Part shown: piece after piece, positions 1-10,074 of the stretch
Layout: every line of letters begins with the position of its first letter
Position numbering within the stretch: position 1 is the stretch's first letter
Source of the DNA: Patescibacteria group bacterium
GTDB taxonomy: Bacteria > Patescibacteriota > Patescibacteriia > JAXHNJ01
NCBI GenBank assembly: GCA_041649715.1
Contig: JBAZMP010000001.1
Location: 309,287 to 373,286 of the forward strand
Length of the DNA: 64,000 nt
Direction: 5' to 3'
Translations under genes and position numbers: made by a program
Notes under the pieces: generated by a model
The model's input: only the letters and a program-made list of their open reading frames with translations
The model's database searches: none
Told to the model about the DNA's origin: nothing

Positions 1-45
1 CAGAGTTAAGCCGAATGTCTCTTGGAAACGAGTGATTTTTTGGCT

Positions 46-74
46 TGAATAAAAGCAGGAAAAATGCTAAGGTA
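46..74 (+). promoter_or_regulatory. Putative sigma70 promoter TTGAAT-N17-TAAGGT (extended -10) upstream of dinD; duplicated at about 1095-1124
   Basis: Consensus-like hexamers at 17-bp spacing; 39-bp block 36-74 is repeated at 1086-1124. Confidence 0.5.
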
Positions 75-118
75 GGGGAGTAACATATACGAATTTCGGT
101 GGCTGGGAGAAAAAATAT

Positions 119-973
119 ATGGAAAAACAGATCATTGTCCGGCTGCATAAAAATTTCGAGGATTGCGCCCGCGAAAAAGACGGCGTGGAATTTTGGTATG
201 CCCGCGAATTGCAGGAATTGCTCAACTATGACAAGTGGGGCAATTTTGAGAATGTCATAAATAAGGCGAAAATAGCCTGCCGGAACGCGAAACAAGAGGT
301 CGCCGACCATTTTGCCGACGTCGGGAAAATGGTTGATTTGGGTTCCGGAAGCCAGCGTGAAGTGCCTGATATTATGCTGACGCGTTATGCCTGCTACCTG
401 ATCGCCCAGAATGGCGATCCGCGAAAAGACGAGATTGCTTTCGCTATGACCTATTTCGCGGTGCAGACGCACAAGCAGGAAATAGTCGAGCAGCGCCTGG
501 TCCAGTGGGAACGGGTGCGCGACCGGGGAAAGCTTTCTACTTCTGAAAAATCTCTTTCCGGCGTGCTTTTTGAGCGCGGAGTGGACAGCCAGGGGTTTGC
601 CCGGATCAGGAGCAAAGGTGATGCCGAGCTTTTTGGCGGATTAACAACTCAGGATATGAAGCAGAAATTAGGCGTGCCGAACAGCCGACCGCTGGCTGAT
701 TTTTTGCCCAGCGTAACCATTAAGGCCAAGGATTTGGCGAATGAAATAACTAGCCATAATATCCGGAAAGATACGGATTTGCGGGGGGAAGTTCCCATTA
801 CTTCAGAGCACGTGAAAAGCAACCGCAATATGCGCCAGATGCTCGGCAAGAGCGGCATTTACCCCGAAGACTTGCCGGCGGAGGAAGACGTGAAAAAGCT
901 TGAACGCAAGCTTAAGTCGGAAAATAAAAAATTGCCAAAGGCGGTTAAGAAGCTGAAAGATAGCAAAAAATAA
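119..973 (+). CDS. dinD: DNA damage-inducible protein D (Bro-N-like N-terminus)
   Basis: EFWYARELQELLNYDKWGNF, LTRYACYLIAQNGDPRKDEIAFA and RPLADFLP motifs typical of DinD. Confidence 0.85.
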   Translation: MEKQIIVRLHKNFEDCAREKDGVEFWYARELQELLNYDKWGNFENVINKAKIACRNAKQEVADHFADVGKMVDLGSGSQREVPDIMLTRYACYLIAQNGDPRKDEIAFAMTYFAVQTHKQEIVEQRLVQWERVRDRGKLSTSEKSLSGVLFERGVDSQGFARIRSKGDAELFGGLTTQDMKQKLGVPNSRPLADFLPSVTIKAKDLANEITSHNIRKDTDLRGEVPITSEHVKSNRNMRQMLGKSGIYPEDLPAEEDVKKLERKLKSENKKLPKAVKKLKDSKK

Positions 974-1061
974 TCCCACGTTGAGACATTAGAAAAACAG
1001 CCCAAGCTCTAAAGTGCCGCTTAAAGATTGAATTTGTTAAATAGATAATAATAGGCTTTGT

Positions 1062-1091
1062 GGCGCCTCGCTGCGGCTCGGCGCCTTTTTT
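1062..1091 (+). terminator. Intrinsic terminator after dinD
   Basis: GGCGCC...GGCGCC stem followed by a T run. Confidence 0.55.
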
Positions 1092-1213
1092 GGCTTGAAT
1101 AAAAGTAAGAAAAATGCTAAGGTAAAGGCATAAAATAACACAAATTTTGGTGGAAAATAGATTATAATACGGAGGTAAATTAAAAGAATTTTTGGGCAAT
1201 TAAATAAAAATAT

Positions 1214-3586
1214 ATGAATAGAAATGTAGTTGAAGAATATTTAAAAAAACAGAAAATAAAAGTCGTTGAGGAATTTGATTTTGAAAAAAAGAAAGTAAAA
1301 TATTCCGAAAAGATAAGAGGTTGGAAGATTGATAAATTTAGGGGCGATGAGGAAATCGTTAGAGCTTTTGTTCTTGCTAAACTTGTAAACGAATTGGGAT
1401 ATAAACCTGAGAATATTGAATTGGAAAAAGAATATGATATTGGTAGACCAAAGGTAAATAAACCCAGAATTGATATTATAGTTAAAGACGATAAAGACAA
1501 CGTTTTTTTGTATATTGAATTAAAAAGCCCCGCAGATTATGAAAAAGATAAGGATGAAGTAATTGAGAAACAACTTTTTAATCTTGCTTCACAAGAACAG
1601 GGCCAAGGTAAAAAAGTAAAATATCTCGTATTATATACAATTGAAATTGTTGAAACCCAGATAAAAGACAAATGTATTTTGATTGACTATGAAAAATTTA
1701 ATTCATTCAACACGTGGAAAGAAGTACGAAATTACGCAGATGAATTACCCGAAAGATATGAAAAAGCTCAAAAAGAACCATACGTAAAAGGTGGAAAAAA
1801 AGATTTAGAGACAAACTTTTCATATGAACAGCTTGATGGGCTGAGAAAAAATCTACATAATGTACTTTGGGGAGGTGGTGGAACAGATGACAACGATATT
1901 TTTTCGTCATTAGTAAATATTATTTTGGCAAAAATTCAAGATGAAAGCGAAAAAGAGGAAGGCGGAGAATATGACTTCCAAATTCGTTCATTTAAAGATG
2001 GCGAAAGTTTTGAAACCAACCAGCAACTTTTTATAAAAATAAATGATCTTTATATAAGAGCGTTAAAACAAAGATTAAATATTATTGACGAAAATGAGTT
2101 AAAAGAAAGCTTTGTAATTGATAAAAAGAAATTTTCTCTTGCAAAATTAAAATACACTATAATGCAAATCGAGAGATATTCATTTGTGGACGGGAAAAAC
2201 AGCTTTGACGGTAAAGATATTCTAGGAGACTTTTTCGAGGGTATTATTAGAGAAGGATTTAAACAAACAAAAGGTCAATTTTTTACGCATGTTAATATTG
2301 TAAGGTTTTTGCTTTGGGGGTTGCAACTTGATAAGCTAGCAATTGATAAAGTGAATAAAGATTTAGAAATTCCCTACCTAATAGATCCAAGCGCCGGTAG
2401 CGGCACTTTCCTGATTGAATATATGAAGTTTATTACCGAAAATCTCAAGAGAAGATTTAAAAGTAGACTAGCAAAAAAAAGAGACGTAGAGGACAAATTT
2501 AATCAATGGTTTATCCCTGACCACCGAGAAAATAAATGGGCACAACATTATATTTATGGCATAGAAACTAATTTTAATCTAGGTACTGCTACTAAAGTAA
2601 ATATGATTTTGCATGGGGATGGCTCAACTAATGTTTTTGTTAAAGACGGACTATTACCTTTTAATTATTACGACAAAGAAACCGCGCCGAACTATTTGAA
2701 GCAAAGCGAACAAGACAAAAACTACTTTAATAAAGAAGTAAATAAGCAATTTGACGTGATTATAACTAATCCTCCATTTAGTGTCACTTTGGATAATGAA
2801 ACAAAAGAGCATCTTACTAAAGAGTTTATTTTTGGAAGCACAAAAAACTCGGAAAATTTGTTTGTAGAAAGATGGTATCAATTATTAAAACCTAACGGAA
2901 GATTTGGGGTAGTTTTGCCAGAAAGTGTTTTTGATACAACAGAAAATAAATACATTCGTCTATTTATTTACAAATATTTTAAAATTAAAGCAGTAGTTTC
3001 TTTACCACAACTTACTTTTCAGCCGTTTACAAGTACTAAGACTAGTCTTTTATTCGCTCAAAAGAAAACTGATAAGGAAATTGAAGAATGGAATAAACTT
3101 TGGAGTAAATATAGTAGTGAATGGAGTGCTCTAAAAAATAAGTGTAAAAATTTATTATTGGTCTATTTAGAAAACAAAGACAAAAAGAAATTATCTTCAA
3201 TCAAAGATTTGTTAGAATCGGAGAAAAAAGAGATATTATTAAGAATGCTTAAAGATAATATTGAAGAAGATGATAAAAAATTATTAGCAAAAGAGCTGAT
3301 ATATAAATACAAAAGTGAATTAGTTGAACTTTGTGAATATGATAACGATACTAAAGATGTTTTTGGTTTTGTCAATACCTGGTGGGTTTTTAGTGAGGTA
3401 GCAAAAATACTCAATTACAAAATTTTTATGGCAGAAGTAGAAAATATTGGATATAAAAGGACTAAAAGAGCTGAAAAACCTATGCCAAACGAACTTTATC
3501 GCGTAAATGATAAAGGAGAAGTTTTAGTTGATGATGGCAGGATAGAAACTGCTTTAGATTATTTAAGAAAAGTGATATGGGATTAA
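1214..3586 (+). CDS. Fused restriction endonuclease / N6-adenine DNA methyltransferase (HsdR_N-like + HsdM-like; type IIB/IIG-like)
   Basis: N-terminal RIDIIV...IELK nuclease motif; GQFFT, DPSAGSGTFL (motif I), NPPF (motif IV); very AT-rich. Confidence 0.85.
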   Translation: MNRNVVEEYLKKQKIKVVEEFDFEKKKVKYSEKIRGWKIDKFRGDEEIVRAFVLAKLVNELGYKPENIELEKEYDIGRPKVNKPRIDIIVKDDKDNVFLYIELKSPADYEKDKDEVIEKQLFNLASQEQGQGKKVKYLVLYTIEIVETQIKDKCILIDYEKFNSFNTWKEVRNYADELPERYEKAQKEPYVKGGKKDLETNFSYEQLDGLRKNLHNVLWGGGGTDDNDIFSSLVNIILAKIQDESEKEEGGEYDFQIRSFKDGESFETNQQLFIKINDLYIRALKQRLNIIDENELKESFVIDKKKFSLAKLKYTIMQIERYSFVDGKNSFDGKDILGDFFEGIIREGFKQTKGQFFTHVNIVRFLLWGLQLDKLAIDKVNKDLEIPYLIDPSAGSGTFLIEYMKFITENLKRRFKSRLAKKRDVEDKFNQWFIPDHRENKWAQHYIYGIETNFNLGTATKVNMILHGDGSTNVFVKDGLLPFNYYDKETAPNYLKQSEQDKNYFNKEVNKQFDVIITNPPFSVTLDNETKEHLTKEFIFGSTKNSENLFVERWYQLLKPNGRFGVVLPESVFDTTENKYIRLFIYKYFKIKAVVSLPQLTFQPFTSTKTSLLFAQKKTDKEIEEWNKLWSKYSSEWSALKNKCKNLLLVYLENKDKKKLSSIKDLLESEKKEILLRMLKDNIEEDDKKLLAKELIYKYKSELVELCEYDNDTKDVFGFVNTWWVFSEVAKILNYKIFMAEVENIGYKRTKRAEKPMPNELYRVNDKGEVLVDDGRIETALDYLRKVIWD

Positions 3587-4989
3587 ATAAATTTACAGTT
3601 GATTTTCAAAATATTGGTGAACAACAATTTTTAAGACCCAATTTTGGTTACAGGTATTTTTTTGATATTCAGAATGCGGAAATTTATCCTACAAAAGATA
3701 GTATTAAATTAAAATATGTCTTGAATGAGATGCCGATGAAGAAAGTAAGCAAGGGTGAATTAGAAGAGTCAGAAATTCTGATTGATATAGGAAATATTGA
3801 AAGAAGATTTAATAATTTAATAAATTTAGTAGAAGTAGATAGAATAGGTTCTGATAAAAATATAATGCAATATGGAGACATCATTATACCTAAATTGCAA
3901 CCACAAATGGGGAATATTTTTTTAAATTCTGGTCATAAAAGATTTATAGGATCTACCGAATTGCTTGAATATAAAATTAATGAAAATTATAATCCCATAT
4001 TCATTTATTACTTAATTACTTCTAATAAATTTCTTTTTGATCTAGCAAAATTGGAAAGTGGAAAAGCGCATAGAAGGGTAAATTCAGTAGATCTGTTAAA
4101 AATTAGAATTCCCTTAATATCTAAAGAATCGCAAGATTTAATTGTTGCTCAAATATGGCCGATTGAAAAGAAAATTAATGAACTAAAAAAACAAATTGAA
4201 CAACCTCAAAATGTTATTAATAAAGTTTTTGCAAGAGAATTTGGTTTTGATTTAGAAAAATATGAAAAGTTAAAGAAAGATAAGTTTTCCGAAGTAGATT
4301 TAAAAGATATTTTGAGACATAATTTTGTTAGAATAAGTTTTCATTTTCATCATAAAACTCTTATTGCCATTGAAAATAAATTAAAAAATAAGAATTATTG
4401 GGCGCCGGTTAATTCATTATTTAGTTTATTCGGTGGAAAAAGAATACCAAAGGGTAAGAGTTTTTCGAATATCGAAACGGACTATTATTATTTAAGACCT
4501 ACGGAAGTAAGTATTTGGGGTATTGATAAGATTAACGTTCCATTTATCCCTGTATCAATTTATGATCAGTTAAAGAGATATAAAATAGTAACGGATGAAT
4601 TTTGTATTTCAATTGTCGGTACTTTAGGGAAAACCGCGTTAATTAACACAGATATTTTAGATATAGGAAAAGATAATTTAATATTAAGTGAAAACTTTAT
4701 TAAACTAAAACCTAAAAAACATATAAATAGTTTATTTTATATTTACTTTTTTTATAGTTTTATTTTTGAAGCGCAAATTAATAGAGAATATACCATAACA
4801 TCAATAAAAAAATTAGGTATTGATAAATGGAATAATATAAAAATTCCATGTATTTCTATTATAAAACAGCAAAAAATTGTTGATGAAATCAAGGGTGAAT
4901 TAGACAAACAAGAAAAATTTTATAAGAAAATTGAAATGGAAAGAGATAAAATTGATGAGATTATTGAAAAAGTGATTATTCGTGAATAG
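3577..4989 (+). CDS. Restriction-modification specificity (S) subunit
   Basis: Two TRD-like halves each ending in an IP..Q..IV helix; overlaps the methylase stop. Confidence 0.8.
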   Translation: MGLNKFTVDFQNIGEQQFLRPNFGYRYFFDIQNAEIYPTKDSIKLKYVLNEMPMKKVSKGELEESEILIDIGNIERRFNNLINLVEVDRIGSDKNIMQYGDIIIPKLQPQMGNIFLNSGHKRFIGSTELLEYKINENYNPIFIYYLITSNKFLFDLAKLESGKAHRRVNSVDLLKIRIPLISKESQDLIVAQIWPIEKKINELKKQIEQPQNVINKVFAREFGFDLEKYEKLKKDKFSEVDLKDILRHNFVRISFHFHHKTLIAIENKLKNKNYWAPVNSLFSLFGGKRIPKGKSFSNIETDYYYLRPTEVSIWGIDKINVPFIPVSIYDQLKRYKIVTDEFCISIVGTLGKTALINTDILDIGKDNLILSENFIKLKPKKHINSLFYIYFFYSFIFEAQINREYTITSIKKLGIDKWNNIKIPCISIIKQQKIVDEIKGELDKQEKFYKKIEMERDKIDEIIEKVIIRE

Positions 4990-5064
4990 ACTCATATTTA
5001 AGTCATTTTTACAATATCCATTGACCTAATTTATTTCAATTAATAATTATTAATTAAGAATATT

Positions 5065-5985
5065 ATGGCAAATCTCTATTGGAAAAAGAATAAAAAAATA
5101 TTAGCCGCTACCGAGACACCATTTAAAACAGAAGATGAACTTGAACGTTATCTATTAGATACCCGGGGGATTTTAAGCGAAATCAATATAATAAATAGGC
5201 AAATTAGGTCCAAAACGGTTTCAGGAATAGAAATTCCAGATATGATCGGAGTTGATAGCGAGGGTTCCATTGTTATTATTGAAAATAAAAATGTTCCGGT
5301 TGATGAAAGGATTATTTCTCAGGTACTTAATTATGCTCTTTGGGCAGAATCTAATCCAGATTCAATAAAGAATTTATGGCTTCAAGCTGATCAAGAAGGC
5401 GTGGAACCAGAATGGGACAATTTACAAATTCGCATAATGATAGTTGCCCCAGAAATAAAACCACATTTAGCAAAATTCATTTCAAAAATTGGATACCCAA
5501 TTGATTTATTAGAGATAAAAAAATTTAATATTAGTAAAGATGAATTTATTGTGTTAAATAAAATAGAACCAAATATAATTGATACAAAACCAGTACATGC
5601 AAAAAGAAATTATGATTATTCATATTATTCAACCAATCATAATAAGGAAAGTGTAAAAAAACTTGAAAAAGCTGTAAATAGCGTTGAAAATTATGTTAAT
5701 AAAAACAAATGGAAATTAGAAAAAAAATTTAACCAAGGTTATGTGGGCTTTAAATATGGTTTTCCCTTAGTTTTTGGCATACAGTGGTTAGGAACCAGAT
5801 CCTTCGGGTTTTTTTTCAAAATGCCTAAAGCAAAAATGAAAAAAATTATTGTTCCGGGCCTTGAATTTAAGGGTTATAATGATCGGTGGGATCAAGTAGA
5901 ATATAAAATTATTTCACCTACTTTTGACGTTAAAAAATTAAAACCAGTGTTTCTAGCTTCATACAATTATGTCAAAGGAGAATAA
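5065..5985 (+). CDS. PD-(D/E)xK nuclease, NucS/DUF91-like, with a C-terminal extra domain
   Basis: E.ELE...IPDMIGVD...IIENK...QVLNY motif pattern. Confidence 0.65.
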   Translation: MANLYWKKNKKILAATETPFKTEDELERYLLDTRGILSEINIINRQIRSKTVSGIEIPDMIGVDSEGSIVIIENKNVPVDERIISQVLNYALWAESNPDSIKNLWLQADQEGVEPEWDNLQIRIMIVAPEIKPHLAKFISKIGYPIDLLEIKKFNISKDEFIVLNKIEPNIIDTKPVHAKRNYDYSYYSTNHNKESVKKLEKAVNSVENYVNKNKWKLEKKFNQGYVGFKYGFPLVFGIQWLGTRSFGFFFKMPKAKMKKIIVPGLEFKGYNDRWDQVEYKIISPTFDVKKLKPVFLASYNYVKGE

Positions 5986-6031
5986 CATTTTTTCTTTAAA
6001 AGTTGCGCTATAATATAATAAGATATGCAGC

Positions 6032-6598
6032 ATGAGTAATCTTGAAACATTTTTCGAACAATTCGAAGAATGGGTGCTAAAAGATATTAAAATAGTACTA
6101 GAATTAGTAAATAAAGAAGGTAATTCATTAGCCCCTGATAGAAGAGTGGTGGTTTGGCGGCGCCCGCTTGTCGCCGGAGTTATATTAATATGTTGCGCTA
6201 TCGATACATTAGCCGCATTTCGTTATGGCCGAACTAATAATAATGTGGGAACATATTTTATGCGCTTTGTTAGAGATTATTTTGCGCAAAGCCGTGACAC
6301 TAGATATAATGATGAGCAAATCTATAAGGGGTTACGTAATGCATTATTACACGGCTATTCTCTTGGATCAGATTTAGCATTAAGTCATACTAGCGCTTCA
6401 CGGCATTTGACGAAAGAAGCAAACAAAATAGTTATAGATGTATTTTCACTGCAGCAAGATTTAGAAAAAGTATATTCTATCTATAAAAGTGAATTGAAAA
6501 ATGGACAACATATTCCAGAATTTAATGATAGATGGAATTACGCACCTCTTATTCAATATTTTCCTGATATAGATTTAAAACTTAATAGCAGAAATTAA
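6032..6598 (+). CDS. Putative HEPN-domain protein
   Basis: Helical protein with AIDTLA and an RNALLH (Rx4H) motif. Confidence 0.5.
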   Translation: MSNLETFFEQFEEWVLKDIKIVLELVNKEGNSLAPDRRVVVWRRPLVAGVILICCAIDTLAAFRYGRTNNNVGTYFMRFVRDYFAQSRDTRYNDEQIYKGLRNALLHGYSLGSDLALSHTSASRHLTKEANKIVIDVFSLQQDLEKVYSIYKSELKNGQHIPEFNDRWNYAPLIQYFPDIDLKLNSRN

Positions 6599-6654
6599 AG
6601 TAATTCAAACATAAGCTCATTTTTCCCTCCCCACTGGCGGTTTTTGCCTAACAA

Positions 6655-6686
6655 AAAAATCCTCAAAAAAGCTGACGAGGATTTTT
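6655..6686 (-). terminator. Terminator hairpin between the convergent HEPN and DUF1508 genes
   Basis: AAAAATCCTC...GAGGATTTTT inverted repeat. Confidence 0.55.
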
Positions 6687-6691
6687 GACTA

Positions 6692-6871
6692 TTAAATAGT
6701 CAAATCGTGAATAGGTACACTAGCTGCCCAACGTTTTATCCATTGAACAGAATCTATAGCATTTTGTTTTGAGGAATAACCCTCACTCCAAGCAACGAAT
6801 TCGTTGTTTGCAGCAACAAGACGCCATCGGTACTCATTTGCGTTATCACGATAGATTTCGAATCTAATCAT
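6692..6871 (-). CDS. DUF1508/YegP-family small protein (59 aa; not in the ORF track)
   Basis: Manual translation MIRFEIYRDNANEYRWRLVAANNEFVAWSEGYSSKQNAIDSVQWIKRWAASVPIHDLTI; FEIY.D...YRWRL.A.N...SEGY is the YegP signature. Confidence 0.85.
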   Translation of the reverse strand: MIRFEIYRDNANEYRWRLVAANNEFVAWSEGYSSKQNAIDSVQWIKRWAASVPIHDLTI

Positions 6872-7044
6872 GATTTTTTTCCTTTGTTAGACTATACTTA
6901 GGAGTCGACCTTTAATTTACTCCCAGGACAAAAACCAAATAATTTAGTTCCTATCAGGGGAGAATTAAAAGCGACTTAATCTAGATATAGAATAAGCGCC
7001 GGATTTTACCTCGCCAGCTTTTTCAAAGAGTTTTTAACAGCTAC

Positions 7045-7073
7045 ATACTAACGAATAATAATGTCTCTGTCAA
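7045..7073 (-). promoter_or_regulatory. Sigma70 promoter TTGACA-N17-TAGTAT for the DUF1508 gene
   Basis: Exact 17-bp spacer; boxA-like ACTCTTTGAAAA just downstream (7020-7031). Confidence 0.55.
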
Positions 7074-7185
7074 GTAGGTTTATTATTTTAGCTAAAAAGC
7101 TTATAATAAATCCATGTCCAAATACTACAACTCTAAGCGCACCAAACATCTTTTTGACCCTACCTTTTTTAACGCTATTTGTTAT

Positions 7186-7250
7186 AAGCACTAAATCCGA
7201 AATACGAAACTCTAAACAAATTCTAATTTCTCAAATCCGAAATTCGAAAC
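7186..7250. repeat. Heptamer-repeat tract (AAATCCG/AAATTCT-type), left arm only
   Basis: Same sequence family as 12488, 14502, 20068, 34727 and 37672. Confidence 0.65.
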
Positions 7251-7294
7251 TGAGGGTTTTAAAAGCCAAAGACGATAACGAAAAACAAGCGGTA

Positions 7295-7520
7295 GAGGGG
7301 GTCCGGGGGAAAAACTGAAAGCCAAACGGCCATACGGAACAACCTTACCCACCTCTCGCGGTTTTTTTCCCCCGGAACTTTTGCTACTTTTAGTTATAAA
7401 AGTAGAAATATATCAGTACAGACAAAAAAGTAAGTAGGGGATAATCAAAAAAGACTGTCTACCCTTCGAGGCTCAAGCCTGTCCTGAGTGGCATCGAAGG
7501 ACACCTCAGAGTGACAGTTT
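7295..7520. repeat. Composite REP-like palindrome cluster 1
   Basis: CCGGGGGAAAAA..TTTTTCCCCCGG stem, CTACTTTT..AAAAGTAG hairpin and CCCTTCGAGGCTC..CCTCAGAGTGACA module; all recur at 10-13 kb. Confidence 0.75.
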
Positions 7521-7622
7521 TATTTTGATTCTTTTTCACCAAAAAAACAAACAATCAACCAAGACATTTTTTATCCGCCCGCTAGCCTTAGCGTGTTTTT
7601 TGTATGAAGAAGTTTATCCACC

Positions 7623-7690
7623 TTGACTTAGAAAGGTATATATATTAGTGTTAAGTTAGTACTAATTCAGTAAATTAGCACAATCTACTA
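7623..7690 (+). promoter_or_regulatory. AbiE operon promoter with imperfect inverted repeats (candidate AbiEi operator)
   Basis: TTGACT-N17-TAGTGT; GTGTTAAGTT/AAATTAGCAC and TTAGT/ACTAA inverted repeats. Confidence 0.4.
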
Positions 7691-7695
7691 ATTTT

Positions 7696-8283
7696 ATGAA
7701 ATGGCTAGATTTTGAGCGAAAAATTAAGAGTAAAAATATTAAGCTGTTCACGCCGCTTGATGTGCAGAGATTTTTAGGCCGGTCTAAAATAGCCGCCCGT
7801 TTTTTGATCCATCGCCTGAAAAAAAATGGCTATATTGTGAGCCTCAAACGCGGTTTGTATAAGCTGTCCGATGAACAAATTCCGGATCTGTATCTGGCCA
7901 ATAATATTTACGCCCCCTCGTATGTTTCCCTGGAATTCGCCCTTTCGTACCACGGAGTCATTCCCGAAACTGTCTATGAGATAACTTCGGTTACCACCAA
8001 GGCCACCCGCCGGTTTGAGGCGCTGGGAAAAGTTTTTTCTTACCACAAAATAAAAAAACCGGCTTTTACCGGCTATGTCATCCAAAAACAGGGCGGGTTG
8101 GGTTTTCACGTCGCCGAACCAGAAAAGGCTTTCGTGGATGCGAATTATTTTCGGCTCTTGGACGGCCGAAAACCGCTGTCCCGCTTCAACAAGGATAAAA
8201 TTGATTTAAAAAAGGCCTTGTTTTATGCCGCTCTTTTCGGCAATCAGAAACTTAACAATATAATTAAAACAACGCTTCAATGA
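7696..8283 (+). CDS. abiEi: Type IV TA antitoxin, AbiEi-like
   Basis: wHTH LKRGLY, then PSYVSLEFALSYHGVIPE and AEPEKAFVD. Confidence 0.8.
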   Translation: MKWLDFERKIKSKNIKLFTPLDVQRFLGRSKIAARFLIHRLKKNGYIVSLKRGLYKLSDEQIPDLYLANNIYAPSYVSLEFALSYHGVIPETVYEITSVTTKATRRFEALGKVFSYHKIKKPAFTGYVIQKQGGLGFHVAEPEKAFVDANYFRLLDGRKPLSRFNKDKIDLKKALFYAALFGNQKLNNIIKTTLQ

Positions 8284-9023
8284 TTTCCCAGGAATTAATA
8301 AAAAAAATAGCCAGTCAGAATAAAACAGCGGATTTTCCCAATATTGTCCGCGAGTATTTTCAGCACCTTTTTTTATCCGAGCTCTATAGATTATCCGGCG
8401 CCGAGAATTTGCTTTTTAAGGGCGGGACCGCTTTGCGCATTATCTACGGCAGTCCGCGCTTTTCCGAGGATTTGGATTTTACCCTGATCGGCGTTGAAGG
8501 TTACCGGAAAAAGGAATTCGCGGAAAGCCTGTTTCTCAGCGTTTTGACCGAGATTGAAAAAATCGGCATTAAGGTGGAGATAAACCGGAAGTCGGATGAG
8601 ACCCGCGAGGGTTATTTTGGCGATGCGAACTATCAGGTTTATGATTATCCCGAAACGTCCGTGAGTATAAATATATCCTCAAGAGAGGGAAAAGATATTA
8701 AGGGCGAGATTGATTCCATCGCCAATGATTTCATACCGACTTATAATATTCTGCATCTGTCAAAAAATGTGTTGGTGGAAGAAAAAATAACGGCCGCGAT
8801 CACTCGGGCGAAACCCAGAGATTTTTACGATGTCTATTTTATCCTTAGAAAAAATTTGCTGGCGACAGAAAATAAAAAAATACTCCCTGACATCCTTGAT
8901 AAATTGAATAACACTGATATTAATTTTACCCAGGAATTAGGCATTTTCTTGCCGAAGGATCAGCAGCAAATAGTGAAAGATTTCAAGAATATTTTAACTT
9001 CTGAAATAAAGCGTTATATTTAG
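8280..9023 (+). CDS. abiEii: Type IV TA nucleotidyltransferase toxin, AbiEii-like
   Basis: FKGGTALR..YGSPRFSEDLDF, EK and RDFYD motifs; overlaps the antitoxin stop. Confidence 0.85.
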   Translation: MISQELIKKIASQNKTADFPNIVREYFQHLFLSELYRLSGAENLLFKGGTALRIIYGSPRFSEDLDFTLIGVEGYRKKEFAESLFLSVLTEIEKIGIKVEINRKSDETREGYFGDANYQVYDYPETSVSINISSREGKDIKGEIDSIANDFIPTYNILHLSKNVLVEEKITAAITRAKPRDFYDVYFILRKNLLATENKKILPDILDKLNNTDINFTQELGIFLPKDQQQIVKDFKNILTSEIKRYI

Positions 9024-9036
9024 CCTTAACATATTT

Positions 9037-10059
9037 ATGGAAACCAAAAATCCAATGAAAACCAAAAAGTGGCTCTGGTACGCCGCAGCGGCTCTTTTAT
9101 GTTTTATCGCCATCGCCGCTTTTGCCTGGAGCGCGGCCAATAAGAGCAAGAATACGAACGCGGTGGCCGTGGCCAATAAAAACGTAAATTCGGCTGCTAA
9201 TTCCAACGCCGCAGCTGGTCAGAACGCCAATAGCAGTCTGGCCAATACCAATACGAACACCAATAATAATACTAATGCCAGCGCCAATACCAACGCTAGC
9301 CAGATCGTGACCGCGGCCAAGACCATTGATGAAACAGCCATTACGCTGGTGCAAAAAAGTACCGGCCACTGCGAAGCCTTGGCTCCTTTGGACTGGTCTT
9401 TTGTCACCAATGCCGAAGGGAGCGGCGCGGATCTTTATTCCGCCGATAAATCCTTGAAAGCCGCCATGCACGCCGGCTGGGGGATCTCGGCCGTCTATAC
9501 CTACATGTATCCGACCGTGGATTCTTTTCTTTCCGCCTGGCTCGGTTATGCTTATACCGGTTCATTTACCAACGGAGGCATTACCTTGGCCGCCGCCCAG
9601 GATGTTTATGAAGGTTTTATCCAGCGGGAATTTACCACCTCAAACGGCCGCAAAGGGGTGGCGATATACAAGACCTACAATTTCGGCGACCCGACCATGT
9701 ACGTGGTTTCCGTTTATATCGCCGATACGGCCAGCGACAAGTGGGAGACCAGCGGCGCTCAGCCATTTTACGTCGCCCTGACCATCCGCTGCGTCACCCA
9801 GCTCCGGCCGGTAACTTCCAGCGTTGATCCTTACACTTCTGATCCGGGCAGTTCTTCTGACAATCCCGAAGTGGGCCTGTCTGACAAATGGACCGAAGCC
9901 ATTATGGGTTATGAAAATGTCTATTCCCCGACCACGGGGGAGCATTACGAAGCGCCCCTTACTTCCGAGTGGCAGGGCGGTCCGCAAGGAACCGGTTATT
10001 ACCGCAGCCTTCCCAATGGCGGTTATGAAAAACTTGAACCGGGGTTTGGAGAGTACTAG
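9037..10059 (+). CDS. Membrane-anchored/secreted protein with Asn-rich linker, function unknown
   Basis: N-terminal hydrophobic helix, NTNTNTNNNTN stalk, globular C-terminal part. Confidence 0.7.
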   Translation: METKNPMKTKKWLWYAAAALLCFIAIAAFAWSAANKSKNTNAVAVANKNVNSAANSNAAAGQNANSSLANTNTNTNNNTNASANTNASQIVTAAKTIDETAITLVQKSTGHCEALAPLDWSFVTNAEGSGADLYSADKSLKAAMHAGWGISAVYTYMYPTVDSFLSAWLGYAYTGSFTNGGITLAAAQDVYEGFIQREFTTSNGRKGVAIYKTYNFGDPTMYVVSVYIADTASDKWETSGAQPFYVALTIRCVTQLRPVTSSVDPYTSDPGSSSDNPEVGLSDKWTEAIMGYENVYSPTTGEHYEAPLTSEWQGGPQGTGYYRSLPNGGYEKLEPGFGEY

Positions 10060-10074
10060 GCAGATAATATTATT

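Noticed and set aside
7061-7318. 85-aa ORF
   Set aside because: Runs through heptamer and REP-like repeats; same for 12847-13110
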